Assembly: GCA_035656275.1 (NCBI GenBank) | Contig: DASRSW010000062.1 | Location: 986-64,985 of the forward strand | From: Thermoplasmata archaeon | GTDB lineage: Archaea; Thermoplasmatota; Thermoplasmata; Lutacidiplasmatales; UBA184 | Reading direction: 5' to 3' | Length of the DNA: 64,000 nucleotides | Part shown: in pieces, positions 30,319 through 38,701 of the stretch | Layout: each line of letters begins with the position of its first letter | Position numbering within the stretch: the stretch's first letter is position 1 | Notes under the pieces: model-generated | Seen by the model: only the letters and a program-made list of their open reading frames with translations | Databases searched by the model: none | What the model was told of the DNA's origin: nothing | Program-made: the position numbers and the translations under genes

Positions 30319-31350
30319 CTACGTGACGGAATACTGCCGCCGCCAGTCACATTCCGCCGCTTGACACGACCCGGCGTTTCGGACCCAAGTCCTGGGTTTC
30401 AACCCGGCGTATCGGGCACGGGTCAGTTCTCCGCGGGGCGTCCAGTCATCGTCAAGGGGGTTCCGGCGCCGGTGGCGAGGTCCTCGCCCCGGGGGGAGTG
30501 GGTCCCAGCGGTCCGGGGGAGACTTGATCCCGCCAATCGCGGGAGAGTCGGTCGAAGGTGGGTCGCCCGGCCTCGGGTAGAGGTCTGGAACGTACTTGAA
30601 TCCAAACCCGATATCGACGCCCGCTTCTGCCGGCGCCCGTCTACCGATTGCGTTGGCGAGGTCGACAAGGGCGTTGACCTTCTTCGCGAATGCGTCCCAC
30701 TCATCGGCAAGGTAGTTCGGCAGGAGACCGATACCCGCACTCCGCCTGGCGTTCACGAAGTTCTGCGCACTGAGGGGTGAACGAGAGAAGTCGACCCCGA
30801 AGAGCCGGGCGGTGTAGAAGAACTCGTACGTGTCGAAATAGGCAGCCTCCCGGATGCGCCAGTCAAGGAGTCCCTTGAGCTGCGTCGCATAGGCGGCGCC
30901 GTTCGACCACGCCGTCAATTGAGCATGCGCCCGGGTTCCGGAGTCGCGCTGGGGCTGATTCCGTGGTGAGCCGCTCCTTTGACTTTCTTGGAGCCAGCTC
31001 TGCATGAGGCGATTGCCGACGGAGAGGAACTCCCGACCGGACCTGAACAGTCTTTCGTACTCGTTGAAGGCAGACGCAAGTTCGTCAACGAGGGCGCGAT
31101 GCCTTCGAATGTGCCGGCGGATGACCCACTCGCCGTACCACTCGAACGATCGCTGCCAGAAGCCGAGGTAAACGAACGACACGAACGCAAAGAGAACCAC
31201 AACGAGGCCCAGTGCCCAAAGCCGTTCGCCCGCTGCAGGGGCTATTACACCGATCTGGAGTGCGGCCGCGAGAACGACGGCGGTGAGGATGATGAGAAAC
31301 GCTTCCCGGTGGGCAAGTGGCCGGGCGTCGGTATCGGTAGTGGCGGCCAT
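30319..31350 (-). CDS. Hypothetical protein with 2 N-terminal TM helices
   Basis: Two hydrophobic segments followed by a helical soluble domain. Confidence 0.65.
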   Translation of the reverse strand: MAATTDTDARPLAHREAFLIILTAVVLAAALQIGVIAPAAGERLWALGLVVVLFAFVSFVYLGFWQRSFEWYGEWVIRRHIRRHRALVDELASAFNEYERLFRSGREFLSVGNRLMQSWLQESQRSGSPRNQPQRDSGTRAHAQLTAWSNGAAYATQLKGLLDWRIREAAYFDTYEFFYTARLFGVDFSRSPLSAQNFVNARRSAGIGLLPNYLADEWDAFAKKVNALVDLANAIGRRAPAEAGVDIGFGFKYVPDLYPRPGDPPSTDSPAIGGIKSPPDRWDPLPPGRGPRHRRRNPLDDDWTPRGELTRARYAGLKPRTWVRNAGSCQAAECDWRRQYSVT

Positions 31351-31486
31351 TCCGGAACCTCCGTAGACGCTGAGAGTTAGCGGGTGAGATAAGCCCCCGG
31401 CGGTCCCGATGTCCCGCCCGAACCGGTCTCCCCGGTGGTTGCCCTCGGCGGTAGGTTCATAACCGGGCTATCGTCTCAACTCCGCC

Positions 31487-32254
31487 GTGAGCCTCGCCTA
31501 CGATGTCCTCGACCGGTATCTCTACAAGGAGGACGTTCAGCAGCTCGCCCGCGATCGAGGACTTCCAACTAATCGTCCGAAGGATGAGCTGATTGCCACA
31601 CTCCTCGGGTCGGGGCGATTCGTCCCGGCAGAGGCACTCCGGTACCTGAACAAACGGGAACTTCGCCAGATCTGCCGTGAGTACCTCTTACCAGACGAAG
31701 GAGGCCGCGAAGTCCTCTTCCGGAGAGTACTGGCCGCGATCTTCGCCGGAGAGAGAACGGACCTAGCCGAGGAGGTGCCCGACGTAGACGATGAAGATAG
31801 CGATGAAGAAGAGACCGAACCGGGGAATGCAAACATGGGAGAGGAGGAGAATCACCGCGACAAAGGCGGACCTGGACCCCCGAAACGGCGTACGTCTCTC
31901 AGGTGGCCGGCTAGTGAGGCCCCGGTGCCACGGGGTGAGAATCTTGAACCAGGCGCGGCTCTCGGGTTCATACGGATGCCCCCCGCCCCCTGGCCCACCT
32001 CTAATCCCTCGGCCTCGTACGCTCTGGCACAAGACGTGTCTCGAGAACATCCGGATTCCACCGGGCCGTGGGCGGTCGCGTCGATTGTCGCAGGAGCAAT
32101 CGTGGCAGCCGGGTTCTATCTCCTCATTCCGGCACTTGGCCTCGGGGAGGGCCTTGCGGCCGCTATCACTCTGGCGATAGTCGTCGCGGCGGCTTTGATG
32201 CTAACCCGACAGCGGTGGGTTCCGTGGCTCGCGGGACTTGGTCAATCCTCGTAG
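31487..32254 (+). CDS. Protein with two SAP/HeH(LEM)-like repeats, acidic linker and 2 C-terminal TM helices
   Basis: LYKEDVQQLARDRGLPTNRPKDELIATLL and LNKRELRQICREYLLPDEGGREVLFRRVL; DVDDEDSDEEE; hydrophobic hairpin. Confidence 0.7.
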   Translation: MSLAYDVLDRYLYKEDVQQLARDRGLPTNRPKDELIATLLGSGRFVPAEALRYLNKRELRQICREYLLPDEGGREVLFRRVLAAIFAGERTDLAEEVPDVDDEDSDEEETEPGNANMGEEENHRDKGGPGPPKRRTSLRWPASEAPVPRGENLEPGAALGFIRMPPAPWPTSNPSASYALAQDVSREHPDSTGPWAVASIVAGAIVAAGFYLLIPALGLGEGLAAAITLAIVVAAALMLTRQRWVPWLAGLGQSS

Positions 32255-32390
32255 GATGGAACGACTCATAGACCGCCGTAGTCGAACGCGCCCTACTCCC
32301 CCTAGCGTCAGCAGAGTTCATCCCACCTTTAAGCCGGACCGATGGAAGTGTACCGAATCCTGCTGGATGGTGACCAGCAAGACGACCTAG

Positions 32391-33836
32391 CTAACGTCGC
32401 GAGACTAGGCCAATCACGCGCTGCTGAAAGGCCGGGTCCCGAACTTCTGAGAGCTTGGCTGACGAGTACGCTCTCAGCGCTTTCTGGAACACTGCGTTCG
32501 TCGTCCTGCCTTCAAGAGACTTAGCCAAAGTCATGAAGCGGGAGGCTCGTGTGCTATCTCCTATTGCCTGCCGAATGTGGTCCTCTCTTGGGGACTGTAT
32601 GAACTCGACGATCTCTTCGTCCTGGAAGACGCTAATGAGAGTGTCGTAGATTGGCTTTGCGATGAAGGACACCCCGAACCTGTTTCCAAGTCTGCAGATT
32701 ACGAGGGTTTGTACGTAATCCTCGACTACGTCTGGAGGGATTGCCCCGCTCTTCGGAACGAGTCGTAACAGTTCTCTGGCGTGCGGCTCTTCATTGAAGA
32801 AGTTGTCCCACGCGAAATGTGCGCTGCGCAACTCCTGTATGCAGCTCGCCATCTCAACTGCTAGTTGACCCGTCGGAAGGTACCCGAGTCCGTCGATTCG
32901 GGACAGAAACCTGCGTGCGAGGGCGGCGCGGTCCGTTTCGCCGTTTGCAGCAAGAGTGCCGTACTTGATTCCGATCCCGTGCCGCGCGGACTCGCCGCAG
33001 CGACCCCAAATCGACTGGGCAATGAAATCTACGTTGGTTCGAACTCGTTCGTCAAGGTCCTTATCCACGTACATTCCGAAGACCGCCTGAACCAAGGAGT
33101 GAGCAAAGTCGTCGGGGAGTCCCTTGATGCTGGCCTGTATGGGCTTTGCCTCCCTCTCGGTTAGGGTCGTGGTCCGGAGACTTGTCAGAAGTCGTTTCAG
33201 CTCGACCAATGGACCTTCGGATGGGGCAGCCTGGACATTCCTCAGACAGGTTTCCAACCACGAGACCAAGCTGATGCCCGTAATCTCATTCAAGTTCGGG
33301 TGCGCTGCGCTGGCAAAGTTCCTCATGTCGCGTATGAAGTCCAGTTGCCGATACGCGATGTCGGAGAGAAGGCCAATTTCCTTGCAGCCCCGAATAAGGT
33401 CCCAGTCGCGCAAATTGGCCAGGTCCTCCACTGCTTTGAATTTCAGTCGCTCTGCGGCGTTCGTCACAGTCGCATCGAAGAAGTAAGTCAGATCGAACAG
33501 TACCACTCTGTCACGAAGAGTTACGACCGTCGCATCCCAGAGGTAGTTCAGTGCGGCGTCGAACAACCCTACCGCACACGCGGCAGTGAACTTCGAGATG
33601 TAGAACGCCTCAGAACGCTGTTCCGACTTTAGTACCGAGACGGTCTCCGGTAGTAGAGAAAATACCTTTCGTCTCTCCGGGAGCGGGGCGAGAATGTCTC
33701 TTGTCGGCAGATCAAGCGCCTTTAGGTAGGATGTGAGATCTGAATCGAGCGAGGCAATCTGAGACTCGACGGGTTCGCTAACAACGAGTGCCTTTGAACC
33801 GGACTTACTCTTGGCCGCTTCTGCCATTTGCGCCAA
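32391..33836 (-). CDS. HEPN-like putative anti-viral protein
   Basis: GLFDAALNYLWD and MRNFASAAHPN (Rx6H); all-helical; lower GC. Confidence 0.7.
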   Translation of the reverse strand: MAQMAEAAKSKSGSKALVVSEPVESQIASLDSDLTSYLKALDLPTRDILAPLPERRKVFSLLPETVSVLKSEQRSEAFYISKFTAACAVGLFDAALNYLWDATVVTLRDRVVLFDLTYFFDATVTNAAERLKFKAVEDLANLRDWDLIRGCKEIGLLSDIAYRQLDFIRDMRNFASAAHPNLNEITGISLVSWLETCLRNVQAAPSEGPLVELKRLLTSLRTTTLTEREAKPIQASIKGLPDDFAHSLVQAVFGMYVDKDLDERVRTNVDFIAQSIWGRCGESARHGIGIKYGTLAANGETDRAALARRFLSRIDGLGYLPTGQLAVEMASCIQELRSAHFAWDNFFNEEPHARELLRLVPKSGAIPPDVVEDYVQTLVICRLGNRFGVSFIAKPIYDTLISVFQDEEIVEFIQSPREDHIRQAIGDSTRASRFMTLAKSLEGRTTNAVFQKALRAYSSAKLSEVRDPAFQQRVIGLVSRR

Positions 33837-34983
33837 TCATGTAGCAGGAGTATGATTGCCTTTCGCAGCCGACCTCGATCGCAAATCTCGGCCACCAGAT
33901 CCTGGGCGGGTCGCCCTCGGTCAATCTCGATTTACACCAAATAGTCGGCCGCCGAAAGGCCCGTCGGAATCCACTGCGTACGTGTACCGGAAGATAGCGC
34001 ATCTAGTCCTTGAGGTCGTGTGCCCAGCTGCATTTAGAGTCGGATTCAGTTTCCTTCCAACATCCGGCTGAGAGACCAATCCATTCCCTCGGCCGGCCCC
34101 ACTCCCTCTCGAACGCCCGAATCTCGAATGGAAAATGTCTTCATCGCTTGCCCATTACCGCGTCGGAATCCATTCAGGAAGCGAAGCCGACGTGGGAGTC
34201 GTTTAGGGGTCGGAGAATCATCCCCGTTCTTGGTGAAATCCACGAGCACATGGTCCGCGCTCGCGTTGAAGCGCGTAGGAACACCGCAGCCTTCGCCGAG
34301 GCGCTTCCGGTGCTAGCAGCGTTTCTGCTCGAAACCGCGCCACCAGAGGTCGTATCGACGTGCCGAGACGAGCCCACCTGTTTCCCGCTCGGTCTTCCCC
34401 TCAATGCCGCCCACTACTAGAGCGAGGGAGGGTTGCCACTCACCAACTACTTTGGAGCGAACGGCGAGCTTCCCCCAGAGGCCGCGCGAGAGGACTACTA
34501 TCTCAGCAGTCGGAGCTTCGCGAGCCGAGTAACCATGGGTATGGTTGATCGGGGTGCGACGATGTTCGCATGCCTCTCAAAGGCGATGCACGGTCGCAGT
34601 GGAGGCCGTCTCCAGCTCTGGACTCCCGATACCGAACGGACGACAGTGTTACTTGCTCGATAGACTTCGACGAGCCGGATTGGACTCCCAGATCTTCGCT
34701 CGAGAGCCAGGTTTGGGAGCGGAAAGCTCGATCCCCCTTCGGGGCATTCCGAGTCTCGATGCAGCTCTCATCGATTCTGATCGAACCCTCCTCGGAGTAG
34801 AAGCCATTAGAGATTCTCTCCTTGGACGTTCACATTGGCCAGTGGAGTCGCGGCTGCAAGACAGCTGTGAACCGTTAGGCTAAGATTTGATTCTCGTTGC
34901 CGTGCGTCTGTTAGAGGCTAAGGCGTCACACAGTAGCTAGGACCAAGTTCTTTTACCCTGATGAACTCGGAGGCATCAGGGGA

Positions 34984-36123
34984 ATGTTGCGTCAGGGAAA
35001 GAAGGACCTCAAGAAGCTCCTAAGTCGATTTAGTCGCACTGCCCTGGTCGAGATTCTGGATCACCTCGGAATCGACGCCAAGGCACCCACGCGCGCTGCG
35101 ATACTCGACTCTCTAGTCCGAAAACAGTCGGAGACGGCGCTAAGAATTGTAAGAACATACCAGCGTCTCACTGGCGTTTCGTTGAACCTTGCGGTCGACC
35201 AGCTCTACCTACACGACCCCTCGCTTGGCCCGGTCGTCCGAGACTCGAAGAACAAGCCGGACCTCGTCCGGAGGCTCTTTCTTTCGGACAGGACGGAGGC
35301 TCTCGAGTCCATCGCCTCATTCGTTAAGTTCGCTAGGAAGAAGAACGTCTCGCCGCTCACTTTCGAAGGCAACGCAGTCCGTGAGCTCGACCAAAAAGGA
35401 GTTGAGAGGTTGATCCAACGAGCGATAGATCGAATCAACCCTGGTAGACCCCGCCCAATCCTTCTTGACCGTGTGGAAGTCGCAGCGGAGGTCGGTAGGG
35501 TCAAGGTGGCGCTTTGGCGAGAAGGAGGGAAGAGGCACGTTCGGCAGCACCCCGCACGCGTTGGACGTGGGGCAGCCGTGGAGCATGACGACTACCCGCT
35601 TCGACCCCACGTGATTGAGGTTAGCCTCAAGGAAGGAAGGATTCGCACGACGTTCCGAAGTACCGACCGTGACGGAGAGGGTGTGCTGCGGGCGGTGACA
35701 GAGTCATTCATAACGTACTCTGCACCCCCGGCACGGTCGCGGTTTCTTTCGAATCCTTTCGATGCGGATGAAGCCGAAGAGCTCAAGCGACGCATCGGAG
35801 CATTGAGAAGGAGTCTACGGGTCGACGATTCCCGAATTGCTCTTCTCGACGCTCTAACCACCGCAAAGAAGAATCTGATCGCATTCAACAGCCTCCAGAC
35901 TGAAGGTAATCTGAAGAAACTCGAGGTCCGAGCCGACGATGCCGACAAAGCGCTCAGGGCTCTCGGGGCCAGGGTCGATCTTCTCCAAACGGCCAAAAGC
36001 CACGACTACGAATTGCGATTCGATGATGGGCGCACGATCCGAGTCTCACCTTGGAGGGTCGGTTTGACCGGAATCTTCACACCCGCCGAAAGGGAATCGG
36101 TCGAGCTTATCTTTTCAGAATGA
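34984..36123 (+). CDS. Hypothetical protein, first gene of a coupled two-gene module
   Basis: 379-aa ORF with ATGA overlap into the downstream nuclease gene; HeH-like N-terminus. Confidence 0.75.
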   Translation: MLRQGKKDLKKLLSRFSRTALVEILDHLGIDAKAPTRAAILDSLVRKQSETALRIVRTYQRLTGVSLNLAVDQLYLHDPSLGPVVRDSKNKPDLVRRLFLSDRTEALESIASFVKFARKKNVSPLTFEGNAVRELDQKGVERLIQRAIDRINPGRPRPILLDRVEVAAEVGRVKVALWREGGKRHVRQHPARVGRGAAVEHDDYPLRPHVIEVSLKEGRIRTTFRSTDRDGEGVLRAVTESFITYSAPPARSRFLSNPFDADEAEELKRRIGALRRSLRVDDSRIALLDALTTAKKNLIAFNSLQTEGNLKKLEVRADDADKALRALGARVDLLQTAKSHDYELRFDDGRTIRVSPWRVGLTGIFTPAERESVELIFSE

Positions 36124-37571
36124 GCCTTGCCAACCTCGCCCAGACCCTCGATTTGGTCCTCTCCCTTCCCAAGGGCCAAACCATTCCCGGTAGAAGCCCC
36201 CTTGCAAGGCGAACGGAGACGAAAGCCGCAGTAGCGGCCCAGGTTCTGTCTCGGACCTCACAGAGGGTCTACTGCGCCGAACACGAAACCGACTGCGAAG
36301 TCGAGCGACGGGGGGGTGCTCTGGTCGCATATCATGCGGAGGGCGGCGTTCACCAGTTCGAGGTGACTGAGGAGGACACGTTCCACTACGTCGTATCGTT
36401 CCCAGAAACGGTTCGCTTCACTTCTAAACGCCTGTTTGGGGATAGTGCAACCGTTTCAGAAGTGTCTGAAAATCATGACATGGCGTCCGCGCTTGTCGAA
36501 GTCGGAAGGGAACGCATTCGGCTCATACTCGTGCCGAAGGCATCACGGGGTACGGAGGGGGCGATCTACAGCAGGCTGGCGGAAATGACGGGCACTCGCG
36601 CCGCCGGGATCATCGCGTTTGACCTCGACATCGACAAGTGCTCGGGCCCCGTGCACCTCCTGAGCAAGGGCTACGCAGGGATTTGCCTGACTTCATTCTT
36701 CGAGGAAGCCGGCTATGCCTCGTCGTTTAGCCGAGAGTGTCTTCAACGCGCAGGCATTGAGCGCGTAAGTCTGGATCTCTTTGGCTCTGCTCACGCGAGC
36801 ATCGGTTACGATATCGAGCCGGCCGTGTGCTCCGACACCAGCCGCTTTGTAGGTAGCCTTCTGGAGAGTTGTAGGGCTCATGAGTGGAAGGCCTATGAGA
36901 GGCTCTGTAGATTCGCACTCTCTCGATTGTATGCATCGCCGCTCGAAGGATTCGGAGCCGAGGACTCCGGAAGGCTCCCCGACTCAGTAGCCATCTTACC
37001 CGACAACAATGGGCGCCCGGACCGGTTCGTCATCATCGATTCGAAGTCGCTACTCTCGGCCAGACGCGAACGGTTTCGCTTTGAAAGGACCGACCCGGCC
37101 AAATATCTCAGCTACGTTCAGAATGCAGATGCGCTTTCAAATAGAATAGATTTGCATCGGGTTACCCTTCTTTTCGTAGCCCCCGAGTACTCTCCGGAGA
37201 ATTGTGAGGCGTTTGTATCGGACTTCAGAACGGAGCGGGAGAAGGCCCGATTGCAACTCCCCACGGACGTCGTTTTCCTTACCCACACTGCACTTGCTGT
37301 ACTCTATCTGACCTTTGCCAGCCCAACTCACTCTGTGGTCCTCAAGAGCAAGGACCCTCATGGAGAATTCGAGAGACTAATGATATCACCGCGGGAACTT
37401 CAGATCAAGCATCTGGTTGATGGCGGCGCACCATGCCCTAGATTTCAAGGCGAGGGCTATGTTATTCTGCACCCGGATGACATTGGACCCATCTTCAATC
37501 ACATTCTCCAGAACCCTGACTACTTCGCGGCTCACTATGAGACTTACAGAAGACTTTCAAAGCAACTCTAG
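36120..37571 (+). CDS. PD-(D/E)xK restriction-endonuclease-like protein (FokI-cleavage-domain-like C-terminus)
   Basis: YERLC...LPDSV...VIIDSKS...YLSYV...LLFVAPEY; N-terminal CxxHxxxC. Confidence 0.7.
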   Translation: MSLANLAQTLDLVLSLPKGQTIPGRSPLARRTETKAAVAAQVLSRTSQRVYCAEHETDCEVERRGGALVAYHAEGGVHQFEVTEEDTFHYVVSFPETVRFTSKRLFGDSATVSEVSENHDMASALVEVGRERIRLILVPKASRGTEGAIYSRLAEMTGTRAAGIIAFDLDIDKCSGPVHLLSKGYAGICLTSFFEEAGYASSFSRECLQRAGIERVSLDLFGSAHASIGYDIEPAVCSDTSRFVGSLLESCRAHEWKAYERLCRFALSRLYASPLEGFGAEDSGRLPDSVAILPDNNGRPDRFVIIDSKSLLSARRERFRFERTDPAKYLSYVQNADALSNRIDLHRVTLLFVAPEYSPENCEAFVSDFRTEREKARLQLPTDVVFLTHTALAVLYLTFASPTHSVVLKSKDPHGEFERLMISPRELQIKHLVDGGAPCPRFQGEGYVILHPDDIGPIFNHILQNPDYFAAHYETYRRLSKQL

Positions 37572-37702
37572 GGGGCTCCTATCCTCGCAGGCGCCTTCGT
37601 TGCGGAACTTGTGTTCAACGCCGGCACACTGGCCATATAAGTGTAAGGTGGTGAAGGGGCGACTTCAGCGGGTGTAGCTCTCCGCAGTGGTCATATCTTG
37701 CG

Positions 37703-37719
37703 CAGGGATTCGAACCCTG
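37703..37719 (+). repeat. T-arm-like hairpin containing the island motif core GGATTCGAAC
   Basis: CAGGG-ATTCGAA-CCCTG, intergenic between two modules. Confidence 0.4.
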
Positions 37720-37880
37720 ATTCGACTCCAAGTGAGCCTGCTCATTCGTGCCGCTGTATCACGGCAGACTGCGGGCCCAGCTATTTCGAGAACACGGTGG
37801 GGCGTGAACTCTGCCGGAATGCCTACCTGACTCGCCCGTGGTCGGCGAGCCGCCATCCCGCCGGTGGCACGGCTGTTGGT

Positions 37881-38546
37881 TCAGAGGAAACCACCAATAA
37901 GAGTTGCCACTTTCGCGACTAGAGCGAGGCAGCCCCCGACCGCAGATGAAGCCTTCACCGCTTCCCACGCAACCTTCACGATGCCCCTCGTTGGTTCAGG
38001 CTTGGCTAGCTGCGATTGAATCGTTTCGATGTCTGCGACAGCTGCCATCTTGTCAAGTTCTGGTGCATTTGACGCCGTGACCGCGTTGCGCAACTCGGCC
38101 AACGCTTGTCCCAGGTCGGCAAACTTGGAATTGACCTGATTACCGTCACCAACCGTTATCACGTTCTGTCCTGTCGCTTCTATTCTTATGCCGTGAAACT
38201 TGGCGGGCGTGAATTCGCCAGGACCTTCAATCTTGTCGATTCCAGCAGCCGTGATCTTGTAGAAACTTGTAGTTGAGGGGATAAGGGTTCCACCGGGCGC
38301 TGGGAATGACTTCTCTATCTTGTCCTCTTCCACCCATCCTTGACTGATAAGGTAGGTAAGGTTGCTCTGAACCTCCTGCTGAGTAAGATTGTTAGATGCC
38401 TTCAATTCACTCTTAACATCGCTGATCCTGACTGCCGATCCCCTCTTCCCCCGAGCGCTAGTCGCGTACTTGTTGCGTTCGTAGAAGTACTGAAGCATGA
38501 GGCGACGAATCTCGTTATTCGTTGGAGGAACACGGACGGTCTTCAT
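37881..38546 (-). CDS. Hypothetical protein: winged-helix-like N-terminus and helical C-terminal domain
   Basis: EVQSNLTYLISQGWVEE...YKITAAGIDKIE. Confidence 0.7.
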   Translation of the reverse strand: MKTVRVPPTNNEIRRLMLQYFYERNKYATSARGKRGSAVRISDVKSELKASNNLTQQEVQSNLTYLISQGWVEEDKIEKSFPAPGGTLIPSTTSFYKITAAGIDKIEGPGEFTPAKFHGIRIEATGQNVITVGDGNQVNSKFADLGQALAELRNAVTASNAPELDKMAAVADIETIQSQLAKPEPTRGIVKVAWEAVKASSAVGGCLALVAKVATLIGGFL

Positions 38547-38701
38547 TGCAATCGAAACACGGTCCTAATCGGAGCTACGATTGTGGCGATCAGTTCCTTC
38601 GACTGGCCCTGTCGGTACTTCATCATTGCGGTTAGCCAGCGACTTTCCGCCATCCCTGGCGTACTTGAAATGTGGGGACAGGGTTTACCGAAACGGCACA
38701 C

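Noticed and set aside
33856..34900. Fragmented plus-strand ORFs as a gene
   Set aside because: Possibly a decayed gene, but no recognisable motif supports a call
37690..37770. Second tRNA gene
   Set aside because: Only a T-arm-like hairpin is present; no D arm, anticodon arm or acceptor pairing
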